Shown here: positions 1 through 11,300 of the stretch, piece after piece | How the letters are laid out: every line of letters starts with the position of its first letter | How positions within the stretch are numbered: position 1 is the first letter of the stretch | Source of the DNA: a virus | Taxonomy: Duplodnaviria > Caudoviricetes | Virus record (IMG/VR): IMGVR_UViG_3300001336_000004 | Location: 1 to 61,801 of that record | Length of the DNA: 61,801 nucleotides | Strand: one strand, 5' to 3' | The notes under the pieces: model-generated | What the model was told of the DNA's origin: nothing | Seen by the model: only the letters and a program-made list of their open reading frames with translations | Databases searched by the model: none | Position numbers and translations under genes: made by a program

Positions 1-97
1 CTGACTGCGCATGATCCCGACATCTCATTCAATCCGGTTGACGGACAAGGCGGGGCGTTCATGGCCGTCGCGGGCATTGAAGACAAGTCGGCGCAGC
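1..97. repeat. Terminal direct repeat, copy 1 (circularisation overlap)
   Basis: Bases 1-97 are identical to 61705-61801. The repeat lies inside a reading frame, so it is most likely an assembly overlap. Confidence 0.95.
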
Positions 98-1206
98 CCT
101 TCGCCGAGCAACGTTCCGTTGGGTACGGCGGTCGCTTCTTCGTGTACTACCTTGACGAGGGAGATTATTCGGTCAATGGGGATGACGATATTGATCATTG
201 GTCGATCAATGGCGTCACCGTGGCCGTGAATCACTTCGTGGACCGCACGATTGAGGTTGTGCGCGGTGTCCTCATCAATCTGCGGACAGGGTTCTATAAT
301 GCCACCACGGAGGAACTGGTTTTTCCGGGGGGTGAAATCAACCGCGCCTACGCCATCGACATCGGCGTGGACAACCCCGAGGAGGGCGGCGGTGTTATCA
401 ATTTCGTGTTCGGCCTGAGCATGAACAATCTGGATCGGAGCCGAGGGACGAATGTCTTCCCCATCTTCGAGAAGACGGTCACGTCCGGGACGAGCCGCAA
501 TTACCTTTACAGCCGGACATATTTCGGATGGGCCGGAACGAAGGAAAGCCCAACGAACCCCTACTATATCGACTACAACGGCGACGCCTATCTCAACGAC
601 GGGAATTTTGTCGGCGATCTTGTCGTGTACGGCGGAACGAAAAATGCCGTCATCCCTCTCGATGGACACAACTATTCTTTTTACACGATGGAGTCGGCGG
701 ATGTCCGCCTGTTTGACTATGGAACGGCGGAAATCCATGTCGCGGGCGGGAGCGGCTCCGTGGCCGTCGATATTGACACGACGTTCTCGCTTGCTATTGA
801 TGAGGCGGACGACTACATGGTTTTCTTGACGCCGGAAACGTCCTGTACATTTTTTGTGTCCGAAAAAACGTCAAGTGAGTTCGTGATCAATGTCCATAAT
901 TCATCCGAGGAGGTGGCTGTACTCAACTACATGATTTCCGGTAAGCGGAAAAACTTTGAGGATTTCCGCATGGAGCGTGCGCTGTATTTTGAAGAAAGTG
1001 AATCCATCGGATTGCCCGACGGTGATGGGGGGACGACAGAGACAACGCACTTGCGCCCACGAATTACCATTGACCGTTCTTTTATCCCGCCGCCGGGTGG
1101 CCCCCAGCCTAGACCTGGTGGCCCCCAGCCTGGACCTGGTGGCCCCCAGCCTGGACCTGGTGGCGATGCACTAAATCCAAACGGCCCACTCAATTTATCC
1201 GAATGA
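1..1206 (+). CDS. Tail fibre-like protein, 3' part (gene starts at 61396 and crosses the junction; about 504 aa)
   Basis: In frame with 61396-61704. The C-terminal segment (ESADVRLFDYG..VDID..YMVFLTP..KRKNFEDFRMER) resembles a domain common at the end of phage tail fibre proteins. It ends in PGGPQP repeats. Confidence 0.65.
   Translation: MTAHDPDISFNPVDGQGGAFMAVAGIEDKSAQPFAEQRSVGYGGRFFVYYLDEGDYSVNGDDDIDHWSINGVTVAVNHFVDRTIEVVRGVLINLRTGFYNATTEELVFPGGEINRAYAIDIGVDNPEEGGGVINFVFGLSMNNLDRSRGTNVFPIFEKTVTSGTSRNYLYSRTYFGWAGTKESPTNPYYIDYNGDAYLNDGNFVGDLVVYGGTKNAVIPLDGHNYSFYTMESADVRLFDYGTAEIHVAGGSGSVAVDIDTTFSLAIDEADDYMVFLTPETSCTFFVSEKTSSEFVINVHNSSEEVAVLNYMISGKRKNFEDFRMERALYFEESESIGLPDGDGGTTETTHLRPRITIDRSFIPPPGGPQPRPGGPQPGPGGPQPGPGGDALNPNGPLNLSE
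1096..1164 (+). repeat. 21-bp tandem repeat x3 encoding GGPQP(R/G)P
   Basis: ggtggcccccagcct(a/g)gacct at 1096, 1117 and 1138. Confidence 0.9.
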
Positions 1207-1220
1207 AAGGACGCAAAAAC

Positions 1221-1646
1221 ATGAAGTTCATGTACCTTGCATTGCTGTTTCTGCTGGTTGCGCCTCACGCTTTCGCTATCAATTCGACCCAGGACGCGAT
1301 CCTGACGGGCGTCGTCAGCGACCCCGACGGCGAAACATCCCTGACCGTCGAGGTGGCTGTCAATATCAATGGCACGACGATCCCGTTGCTCGCGGCGATG
1401 GAAGTCGTCGATGACCCCTCGACGATCTCGATTCAAATCAACGGTTCCGATTTTTGGAGCTCCGGCGATTTCGTGCAGATATGGGCACGGGTGGATGACA
1501 TGGACCCGTCCGGGGAGCAGTCGGAATGGATTTTGCTCTTCGGCTTCGTCATCCAAAATTCGGCGCCCAGCTTCGTGCTGCCGACGTGGACGCTGTATGC
1601 CGGCGATCTGTTTGAGACCGGCACGAGAATCATTCGGGAGGAATGA
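1221..1646 (+). CDS. Secreted Ig-like/beta-rich hypothetical protein
   Basis: Signal peptide MKFMYLALLFLLVAPHAFA. The GVVSDPDGET..V motif is typical of Ig/cadherin-like domains. Confidence 0.6.
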   Translation: MKFMYLALLFLLVAPHAFAINSTQDAILTGVVSDPDGETSLTVEVAVNINGTTIPLLAAMEVVDDPSTISIQINGSDFWSSGDFVQIWARVDDMDPSGEQSEWILLFGFVIQNSAPSFVLPTWTLYAGDLFETGTRIIREE

Positions 1647-1647
1647 A

Positions 1648-1980
1648 ATGAAGATCATCGCCTTTGTGCTGCTTGCGCTCTTCTGCACTTCTTGCAGCAT
1701 CAACCGCCATCTCGACCCGCGTCGCGACCACCGGTATGTCGTTGCGACATACTATGAGGACGGCAAAACCACGTCGTCGATGATCGACTATGTGGGGCCG
1801 GCGCCGTTCCTCGTCGAACCGAAGGCTGAGGTGACGGAGATCAGTTCGAATGATGAAGGAACCACAATATCGAAAACCCTGCGCCTTGGCGCCGACTCCG
1901 AAAATGCTCGCGGATTCATGGAGCGGACATTGGACTTTCTGGCCGGCGTCATCGCGGGGCTGATCGGCGGAGGAATATGA
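1648..1980 (+). CDS. Putative lipoprotein
   Basis: GGAGG RBS, lipobox-like MKIIAFVLLALFCTS-C and a hydrophobic C-terminus. Confidence 0.6.
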   Translation: MKIIAFVLLALFCTSCSINRHLDPRRDHRYVVATYYEDGKTTSSMIDYVGPAPFLVEPKAEVTEISSNDEGTTISKTLRLGADSENARGFMERTLDFLAGVIAGLIGGGI

Positions 1981-2540
1981 AAGGGCATGTTCCATTCGAG
2001 AATGACCGGCTTTACCTGCTTGCGATCCGATCTGTTCGCTCAGGGATTTTCGGGCGCCTGATTCGCTTCGTGCAGTTTTTTCATTCGAGCGCGCGATACG
2101 GCAAATTTATCCATGTCGGCCTGATGTACAACGGGTTCATCGTCGAGGCGCTTCCCGGCCACGACGTTGTTCATCATTCCCTTGCGGAGATGCTGGATTT
2201 GGCGACGGAGGAAGACCCTGACATCCATGTCTTTTTGGTCCCTCTCAAGCCGAAGGATAAAAACGGGCTTGAGATCACCGGGCTTGAGGAATGGGTTCGG
2301 ATCAAGACGAGGGTGGGGCAGCCCTACGATTATTGGGGCGCCGTTCTTGCCGGCACGGATTTTCTCGAAAGGTTCGGATGGGGGATTGCGGAGAACAAGA
2401 CGGGATTGTGGTTTTGCTCCAAGGTCATCGCATGGGCGTTTCGCCACCCCGATTATGCCGAGGTCACCCCGAGCGATGTATGCGATTGGTCGATTTGGGA
2501 CTGGACCTCGGCGATTGTAATATACGAAAATCATTCGTGA
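1977..2540 (+). CDS. Permuted papain-like NlpC/P60 (YiiX/YebB-like) amidase/peptidase
   Basis: His before Cys: HVGLM..VEAL..GQPYDY..WFCS..VTPSD. Confidence 0.75.
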   Translation: MKGHVPFENDRLYLLAIRSVRSGIFGRLIRFVQFFHSSARYGKFIHVGLMYNGFIVEALPGHDVVHHSLAEMLDLATEEDPDIHVFLVPLKPKDKNGLEITGLEEWVRIKTRVGQPYDYWGAVLAGTDFLERFGWGIAENKTGLWFCSKVIAWAFRHPDYAEVTPSDVCDWSIWDWTSAIVIYENHS

Positions 2541-2551
2541 GGTAAAGAATC

Positions 2552-3367
2552 ATGTCACTCGGACCCATAAGCTACCCACAGCCTCCCATCCCGCCAAATA
2601 TCAACGGTGTTCCTAATTTTGTTCCTGCTAATCATTGGAGTTCCGGCTGGTATCTCCGCCCGCAGGATCATCTTAATTATGAGATGCAGCGGGATCAAAT
2701 TCGATTTGGACAACAAGGATTGCGTCAGGAGCGCCAAAATCTCCTGACGCAGCTCCAGGAAGCGTCCCGCCAATCGTTCCTCAATCGCCAATTCCAGGCC
2801 GCCGGAGCGTTGGACCAGAACTTCTTCAACCTTTCGCAGCTCCCGACACAAGAAGCCGTCTCGACAGCGGTTGGGGAATACACGCCGGCGCGGGATTTCT
2901 ACCGGCAAGTCACAGAGCAGGGCCTGTTCTCCCCGGAAGACCTCGACCGCGCTTTCTCGAGCCAGTTCCAAACGTCCAGTCGCGGGCAGGCCGCGCAGAC
3001 CCAGGCGGCAAGCAACGCGCAGCGCGCGTCGGGCGCACGGTCCACAGGGTTGTTGAGTCTCGCCGCCGGACAACAAAACCTTGCCGCCCTCGGGCAGGCC
3101 GGTCAAATCCGCAACAATCTGTCATTGGCGAACGCGGAGTCGCGCCTTTCCGGCGCCGCGGGGCTTTCGGGCCTCGCCGACCGTCTCGCGGCCCTGCGGA
3201 CAGCCCCCACCCAAGAGAGCGCAGGCGAGTATTATCGCCGCCAGAGCCAGACGGCGGGCTTACAGGGCCGGAACGAGCAGCAACCGGAAAATCAGGTTCA
3301 GGGGGCGTCGAACGCCATGGACAATCTTTTGCCGAGCTACTACACCAACAGGCGCGCCGCCGGATAA
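2552..3367 (+). CDS. Putative internal virion (ejection) protein
   Basis: Q/A/G-rich helical composition; lies upstream of the giant protein as in podovirus-like genomes. Confidence 0.5.
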   Translation: MSLGPISYPQPPIPPNINGVPNFVPANHWSSGWYLRPQDHLNYEMQRDQIRFGQQGLRQERQNLLTQLQEASRQSFLNRQFQAAGALDQNFFNLSQLPTQEAVSTAVGEYTPARDFYRQVTEQGLFSPEDLDRAFSSQFQTSSRGQAAQTQAASNAQRASGARSTGLLSLAAGQQNLAALGQAGQIRNNLSLANAESRLSGAAGLSGLADRLAALRTAPTQESAGEYYRRQSQTAGLQGRNEQQPENQVQGASNAMDNLLPSYYTNRRAAG

Positions 3368-3383
3368 TTGAGAGGTTCAGGAT

Positions 3384-3809
3384 ATGCCAAACGATCAAGC
3401 GCGTAAAAACAGCCGTTCAACTGCTGCGGACTCTCCCGGTTCATGGGCGGCGGACTTTTCGCCGGACTCTCCCGGTTCATGGGCGGCGGACTATTCGCTG
3501 GACTCTCCCGGTTCATGGGCGGCGGACTTTTCGCCGGACCGCGCGGACCCCTTCGCTTCGAATTTTGGGTCGAGTTTTTCTGATACGCTTCAGGGGCCGG
3601 CGTCCCTGCTGCCATTGCAGGCAATGAGCCAGAGGAACGATGGGCTGATGGCTTTTGCGGGAACCCGCTTTTGGGTTCGGCCACCCATCAGGAATACGCC
3701 GTCATCTGAATCTGGGTTGATGACGATCTCGAATCTTTTGCAGGGACTCCCCCGTATGCAGGGAAGCCCCATAAATGACATCCGGTTTATCGGAGACGAA
3801 GGGGAGTAA
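3384..3809 (+). CDS. Hypothetical protein with 12-aa repeats
   Basis: ORF fills the gap between neighbours, has a GAGG RBS and DSPGSWAAD(F/Y)S repeats. Confidence 0.45.
   Translation: MPNDQARKNSRSTAADSPGSWAADFSPDSPGSWAADYSLDSPGSWAADFSPDRADPFASNFGSSFSDTLQGPASLLPLQAMSQRNDGLMAFAGTRFWVRPPIRNTPSSESGLMTISNLLQGLPRMQGSPINDIRFIGDEGE
3428..3539 (+). repeat. 36-bp tandem repeat x3
   Basis: ggactctcccggttcatgggcggcggact(t/a)ttcgc(c/t) at 3428, 3464 and 3500, with no spacers. Confidence 0.9.
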
Positions 3810-3811
3810 TT

Positions 3812-5314
3812 ATGGCGAAAAAGACGATTGAGACCGCAAAAGGGAATGTCCGCGAGATTGATATCCTGGGTTCGGGGGATTTCCAGTCGAGTTTCCCGAG
3901 GAATCCCGCATTCGAAGAGCGGAAGGCCGCCGGTTCCCCTGAGCGGCAGATCGAGAGCATGCAGCGAGTTAAGGCGATGAACCTGGCTCGTGCGGCAGAG
4001 CGTTCTGAGCGCCAGAAGATGCGGTTTATGGAAGATGAGGCGCGTCAGCAGAAGCTTAACGCAGCCCGTATGCGCCGCGCTTTCCCGGAGCCTTCGCACG
4101 GGTATGGAGCCATCGGCCCCCCGGAAGCGTTTCAGACGGGGGAAAATTCAGAAGCCGTGAAGTATATGGTGGGCGGCGAAATGGCGCGCCCGGAAGAAGT
4201 CACTCGCGCCAAGCATTTCGCGGGCGAAGGGGCAGATGCGTCGCAAGTCGCAAGAGCTCTTTCGGATATGAAAACGACCGAGCGCGGCCTGAGCCGCATT
4301 ATGAATACGATGGTCGGCGGATCGCCCAACCCGTACTCGAACATGCTGATTGCGGCGCTTCAGGGCGCACCGTCCATTGATCCAAGCAACCCCGGACAGA
4401 CAGCCGCCGTCCTGGGCCAAACAACAGAAGCTCTGATGCAGATACGCGGAATGGCAAGCGCCACAGGCGATCTGGTCCAGAGGGCGATGGAGGGTCTTGG
4501 CCACGAAGGAATCCGCTCGTTTGCGAACAAGGTTCGCGAGCAGGAACTGATTGACTACCGCAATCAGTTCGCGGCGATGACCGCAGGCGTCCCCAAAGGC
4601 GCGATGGAGCAAGTTTCGCACGCTACGGCGTTGGTTGAAAAGTCAAAGGGCGCACAAGGGACCGCAAGCCGACTGGAGGTAAGAGATTACTTTGAGATGT
4701 ATAACGAGGCGATCAAGTTGGGCGCGATTAACCCGAATCCCAAGAAGCCGCCGGTGATAATGATCGACGGGGAGGAAGTTGAGGTCCATCCATTCGAAAA
4801 GTTCGTTCACATGGCCCGAGCACTCGAAATTGACATCCTTCGAGATGAGAGCCAGAGAGATTTCTCGAGGATGACTCCGATAGAGCGGCTTGTCGCGGGA
4901 AGACTTTTCCCGACGGATGGGGGACAGACCGAGGTTGTGGAGGGGACGGAAAAGGCCGAGGAGAAGCGTTCACGGCAACCGTTCTTCACTTCACGGCCCG
5001 GGGAACAGAGAAGAACACTCGTATCGGATTTGGAAGATATTTTTCAGTCTGCCTACGATGCTGGTGTTGGTTTTGGTCTTGCAACTGAGGAGTACCTGAC
5101 CCCGCCCATTTCAAACATTATGAGGAAGGCACTTGCGGCCCCCTTCATCGGGGCGCCTCCCGCAGAATTGATCTTCTCGAGCAAAAAGCCGTCGTCATTC
5201 AACGAAGATGTGGTCAAGCGATACGCGCAGGCCCATGGTGTTTCAGTAGCAGAGGCGGCCAAGCGGTTTAAGGCCGCCCAAAGGCGGCGCCTTTCGGCAA
5301 TGGAGCAAGACTGA
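3812..5314 (+). CDS. Putative internal virion (ejection) protein
   Basis: 500-aa helical ORF with a GGGGAG RBS, directly upstream of the giant protein. Confidence 0.55.
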   Translation: MAKKTIETAKGNVREIDILGSGDFQSSFPRNPAFEERKAAGSPERQIESMQRVKAMNLARAAERSERQKMRFMEDEARQQKLNAARMRRAFPEPSHGYGAIGPPEAFQTGENSEAVKYMVGGEMARPEEVTRAKHFAGEGADASQVARALSDMKTTERGLSRIMNTMVGGSPNPYSNMLIAALQGAPSIDPSNPGQTAAVLGQTTEALMQIRGMASATGDLVQRAMEGLGHEGIRSFANKVREQELIDYRNQFAAMTAGVPKGAMEQVSHATALVEKSKGAQGTASRLEVRDYFEMYNEAIKLGAINPNPKKPPVIMIDGEEVEVHPFEKFVHMARALEIDILRDESQRDFSRMTPIERLVAGRLFPTDGGQTEVVEGTEKAEEKRSRQPFFTSRPGEQRRTLVSDLEDIFQSAYDAGVGFGLATEEYLTPPISNIMRKALAAPFIGAPPAELIFSSKKPSSFNEDVVKRYAQAHGVSVAEAAKRFKAAQRRRLSAMEQD

Positions 5315-5316
5315 TA

Positions 5317-8300
5317 ATGCCCCAAGACGAAAAAAATGGTGTGACTGAATTCGATTCAGGACAGGGCATCGACCGGGGCGAGATGTTCCCCAATCTCCGC
5401 CGTCACTATGCTTCAATCGAAGAGGCTGAACGCCAGCGCCAAGTTCGTGAGCGCGGGTTCACGGGCGAATTTGCGGCAGGCTTTAGTCGTGGCATTGACA
5501 CCCTTCAGGGGACCGGCTACGGCGGCCTGGCCCTGCTTGGCACTGGCTTGGGCCTCGACGGGCTGCGCGATTGGGGCCTCGAGAACTACGAAGAGCAGAT
5601 GGCGCAGGCGGAAAAGACTCCGGCCTTCGTGCCGACCGTGGGCGACATCGGAAGCCCATACGAGGCCGTGCGCTGGGCCGCAGGCGCCCTTGGCGAAGTC
5701 GCCCCATCAATCGTCGAGTCTCTTATTGTGGGGGCTGCCACAGCCGCCGCAGGCGCTGTGGCAGGGACGGCGGTGGCGCCTGGCCCCGGTACGGTTGCCG
5801 GAGGCGCCGGGGGCGCTCTGGCGGGTGCTTTGGGCAGGCAGACGGTAAGGCGATCCCTGGTGAGGATGATACGCCGAAATATCAAGGGGCTGGTCGCTAA
5901 GGGTGTTGCGAAGAACGCCGCAGAGGCGGCGGTGAAGAAGGAGATGGCTCGCCGGATTCTATTCCTTCGTGCGGCTGACTTGATTGACAACCAATACGCT
6001 CCGACGGTGGCGATGGCCGCAGTCGCCGGACTGCATGAAGGTGGCGGTTCCTACGCCGGAATCTATAATCAGGGCGAAGACGCGCCGTTGACCGCCACCA
6101 CGGTCGGCATTCTTGCCGGCGCTCTCGAAACCGTTTTCCCTGCAAAAGTTCTCTCCGGGAACATTGGCGGTATTCCCCCAAAAACTCTGCCCCGCTCTGT
6201 CTCTCTCAGTCCCGGTCGGCTTGCGAAAACGAAAAAGTACACTGCGAAGCTCCTGATGGGCGCGGCGGACGGCATTATCCTCGAGGGGGCGACAGAAGCC
6301 GCTCAGGAAGCCTTGCAGATTGCCGGGGAAGCCGTCGCGCTGGACAAAGACCCGTTCACCGAGGAAAATTTCCAGCGAATCATCAACGCTGCCGCGATGG
6401 GTGCAGTCGGTGGCGGCGTTTTCGGTGGCGGAGCAGGTCTTCTGCAAAAACGCCAAAAACGCCCAAAAAAGAAAATAGAGCCGCCTCAGCCCGATTTGGA
6501 TGAAGGGGGTACGTTGACCCCCGACGAACCGCCGCCGTCGCCCTCCGCGACAGAGGCGGCGCCCGAGGCTCCTTCCGTGGCCGCCCCAAAGACAGAGGGG
6601 CCACGCCCCACGCCCGAGGCCCCCTCTGTTCCCGATTTGTATGAGCAGGCCGAGCCAATCAGTGACGCCGCGCCCAGGTTCAGCGAGGTCAAGCCGTACA
6701 GCAAAAAAACGCGGCCCGCCGATTACGCGGACCGCGACACTCAGGCGCAACAAAGATTCCGCTCGGAAATTCGACCCGGCACTGCGCTCATCATGTCCGG
6801 GAAAGAAGATTCTGCGATTCTCATAGTTCTGGATGCTGAGCCACAACGAACGAAGGGGCGCGGGCAAAGGCCGTCATGGCAAGTGGCCGTCGTCCCGGTG
6901 GACCCGAATTTCCGCCCCAAGGGGAAACCGCGCTGGGAATCCATCAACAATTTGCGAAATCAGCCGAACATTCGTGTTCTGCGAAATGAACAGACTCAGG
7001 CCGGGGTTGCTGACGTTGAAGCGCCCGCTCCGATTGCTCCCGTGAAGCCACCCGCTCCCGCCCCGGCACAACCTTCATCTGCGCCTGTTGAAAAAGCGCC
7101 GGTGAAAAAAGCCCCCGCACCGCCTCCTACCGCAAAACCAACGGCACAGGCCGAGGGGCAGGTGCAATCTGTTTTTCGACTCATGGCTGAGCTCAACAGT
7201 GTGGAGGGGTCAATCGACAAGGTAAAAAAATCGACGAAATCAGGGGCGAAGGCCCGAGAAGATAAGATTGACGATATTCTTTCTCGCGCAAGAGAACTGG
7301 GCGCGGCGGCGATCCCGATAATCGTTCGCGCCGAATCGTTGCGGCAAAAAAACAGGGAGAAACTGGAAGAAACCAAGGGGAGGGAACCGGATGAGCCTCG
7401 AGATCGTGGACTTGGGGAACAACCAGTACGGAGTGATCGACCAGAGCGGGAAGAGGTACAACCGACAACCGCTGAGCCTGGAGCAGGCCCGGCAGAGACT
7501 GGAGCAGTGCCAACAGAAGGCGAGGGAGCACTACCTCAAGAAACTGGAGCAGGGGAACCAACCCCCGCACCCGTAGAGCCGGAGCCTGAGACGGCGCCGG
7601 AACCCGAAGAGGATACAGGTGCAGCTCGAATTTGGGCAAAGGTGAACCGCGCATGGGATGCCGGCCACACGGTATATGTGGCGACTCGAGTAAGAGCGAC
7701 GAAGATTGCACCAAAACACCGCGATGCACTTCGTTTTCGAAGTGGTCAAATTCAGATACGAAGTGGGCGTCGTTGGGAACGGGTTATGAGTGACGCGCTT
7801 GCGACGTTGGACCTTTCAGCGTCAATGGCGCTCCGCGAACCGCAAGACCCGATGTTTCGGAAGTGGGGAGTCGCTGAAGCGGCGCCGGAACCCGAAGAGG
7901 CGGTGCCAGCGGAAGCGCCAGCGGAGCCTGAAGTTAGAGAAGAAAGCGAAGAGACAAAAGGGCTTCGTGAAATTCTCGAGGGCGATCTTTCCGCCAATCT
8001 TTCCGTTCTTAAAGAAAGACTCGATCCGCTCAAGGAGGCGGAACACCCGACTTTCATTCGTCCCGAACCCATATTAAAAAAAACAAGTGAGGCAAAAAGT
8101 GTAAAAGGGAAACTTCAGGCATTATACAATTATTTCGTCCCGAAGAATGACCCCAGGAAGGTGCTGAAATACCTTTATGTTGATGATTTCAATGGTGAGA
8201 AGGTCGTGGTTGGTACGGATGGGGTAAAGTTGGTGTATGCTCCATACAGCGGCCCTCACCCGATTGGGACATTTCTCGATAAAAACATTGAGAGATCAGA

Positions 8301-11300
8301 CCTGGAGGGCAGGACGTTTCCACAGTGGAGAAGAGTTCTTCCCGCCAAGGAGGATATGGAGTATCGCATTCATATCAACGGGGAAATGCTTAATCTCGCT
8401 CGCGGAGCTGCACGGGTCCGGCAGGTATTAAGATTACTTTATGGCGGAGAAGACAACAGAGCTCTTACCAGCTTGCGTTTCCCTATTGATGGCGGTGGAT
8501 ATGTATATTTTAATCCAGAGATATTTCTGAGTGTCGTTGAAGGACTTATCCGGGCCGGGTACGAACCTTCGCGGATATTACTCAAATCCGCAAACTCTCA
8601 AGCTCTGATTGAAACGAATAATCGTGTCACACATGCCATAATTGTGCCCCTCGTCCCAAAAAAGGGTGTTGTGCCGCAGCCAGCAATGGTTGACATGTCG
8701 AAATTCCAGTTCGAGCGCATCCCTAAAACGCAGAGCCAAAAGGAATCCGCATCTCCCCAAAAGACTAAAGGGAAGCCAAAGAAAAAGACTGCGAAAAAGA
8801 CAACGCCCGAGGCAAAGCCGAAAACGCCCGCCGTCACGGCGTCCGGTGCGGTATTGAGCGTGCTCAATGACGTGTACAGCCTCTTCCAGCAGGGCATTGC
8901 CGTTGCGAACAAACAGCTAAACGAAATTCGCGAAAAACGCTTCGGGAAACTTCTCGGGAACTCCCGCCTCGCCTTCGATGCCGTCGAGGGTGCGATGAAC
9001 AAGCATATCGAGAACAGCGGGATTGTTGATTTCGATCAAAAGGAAAAGACGGTCGAGCGTCTCCTTGGGGCGACAGAGATGCTTCCGTCGCAGCTTGCCG
9101 TTCGCACCGACGAGCAAATTGAACTGCAACAGTTCAGCACCCCCCCGGCGCAAGCCTTCATTGTGGTTGCCGTATCCGGGGCCAACAGCAACACGTCGGT
9201 TCTCGAGCCGAGCGCAGGGACAGGGAACCTCGCGGTCATGGCAAGGCTGGCCGGCGCCACCGATGTCGCGACAAATGAAATATCAGGGGATCGCCGCGAA
9301 GTCCTGAAGATGCTCGGCTTTGAGCCGACGGGGATAAACGCGGAACAGATCGACAATATCCTGCCCCCCAATTTATCATACGATGTGATCGTGATGAACC
9401 CGCCATTCAGCGCAACCGGCGGAAGGACTGCTCACCACGATACGGCTTTCGGCGCCGAGCACGTCACGCAAGCATTGCGGCGCCTGAAGCCCGGAGGTCG
9501 GCTTGTTGCGATTGTGGGGCAGGGAATGGCGCTGGGGCGCCCCAAAATGGGGTCGTGGTGGAATTCGATTTACCCTTACTACAACGTGCGGGCAAATATC
9601 GGGTTCGATGGAAAGTATTATCGTAAATACGGCACAGGGTTCGGCAATCAGATCATCGTGATCGACAATACCGGGCCGACAGATGTCAGACAGATCATTA
9701 TGGCTGAGAATTTGTCGCCCGACCAGGCACTGAAAAAATTATTGCCATTGATGGAGGGACAAGTCGATGAGCGCGTTCGAGCGCGAACAACAAAAGAGAG
9801 CGAAGCGGCTCCTCCAGACGAAGGGGCAGGGACTGCCGTCACGGAAGGGCGAGACGCCATTGACCGCCCTGCTGAGGTACCTGATAAGCCAAGTGGAGGA
9901 TTGGACGAGCCACGAACAGTTCGTCGGGGGCGACGAAAGTCTGGCGTGGAGTCTGTATCGGAACCCGGCGCAGGTGAACAGGGAACTGGTGCAGATATTG
10001 CAACGGGAGGGCCGGGAGGTACCGTCGCCGGCGGTGAAACCGCAGGAGGCGGAACAGTGGGCGCTGGACCTCCTCGCAATTTACCTCTCGGGGTAAGTGA
10101 GGATTTCGGCAAGGACAATAAAATCTTCACCCGCGAGGAGGCGGAAAAGGCGCTGGCGGCCCTGAAGGAAAAGCTCGGGCGAATAAATGCCGGGGTTGAC
10201 CCCGAGGTTTTTCAGCTGGGAATTTCCCTGACGGGTTTTTATATCGAGGGCGGTGCGCGGTCTTTTGCTGCCTACTCGAAAAAGATGATTGAGACGCTTG
10301 GGGAAGGCGCTCGTCCGTACCTGCGGTCATGGTATGAGGGCGCACGGCATTATCCGGGATTCGATTCCGAAGGGATGACGCCCTCGGAGGAGATTGTCGA
10401 GTCCCAGGAGCCGGCTTCGGGCGCCGAGGAAAGCGTCGTCTCGGATGAAGGTGAGGTTTACTCGGCATACAAGGTCAGCAAGCCTCCCATCGAGGGCACG
10501 GTCCCGCATCCGGCAGAGCTCGTCGAATCCGCCACGCTGGCTTCGGTGGAGATGCCGGACCCCAAGGGCGTCATCGCCCTCCCCGGAGAGTTAATCACGA
10601 GCGGGAAAATATCCGACATCCAGGCGGAGTTTATTGCGGCGGCCAATCAGCGGTTTAAGCAGAGGGGGCCGGATGGAAGAACGCGGGCGATCTGGAATGG
10701 CGACGGAACGGGCGTCGGGAAGGGCGTTCAGATTTATGGGACAATCTGGAATGAGCAGATTCAGAGCAATACAAAAAAAGCCGTCCACTTTTCAATGTCG
10801 AACGACCTCATTAAAGATGCCGTCAGGGACCGCGACTTCATCGGCGCCCCGATGGACATTATCCCCCTTCAGAAATTCAATAATAATGAAAAAATCGACG
10901 CCGCCGAAGGGGTTCTTTTCGCAACTTACAGCACGGCATCGAGCGAATGGGGCGGGGGCAAGAGGCGCTTCAATCAAATTATTGAATGGCTGGGTGCAGA
11001 TTTCGATGGCGTCATCGCCTTCGATGAAGCCCACGCGATGAAAAATGCGTCGCCCGAAAATTTTGGCGGCAGAGACACCGGCACAAACGCCGGGAAATTC
11101 GGGCTTGAACTTCAAAATGCGCTTCCGAATGCAAAGATAATCTATGGCTCGGCGACAGGGGCAACGACGCCGAGAAATATGTCGTTTATGATGCGGCTCG
11201 GCATATTCGGGCCGGGGACGCCGTTCTCATCCTTCCTTGCATTCCTGGGTGCAATACACAATGGCGGTGTCGCGGGGATGGAAATGCTTGCCCGTGACCT

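Noticed and set aside
1-97. Biological terminal repeat of the virion DNA
   Set aside because: It falls mid-gene and has a k-mer-like length, so it is more simply an assembler circular overlap.
3428-3539. Possible CRISPR array (36-bp repeats)
   Set aside because: The repeats are directly adjacent with no spacers, lie in frame within an ORF, and no cas operon is present.
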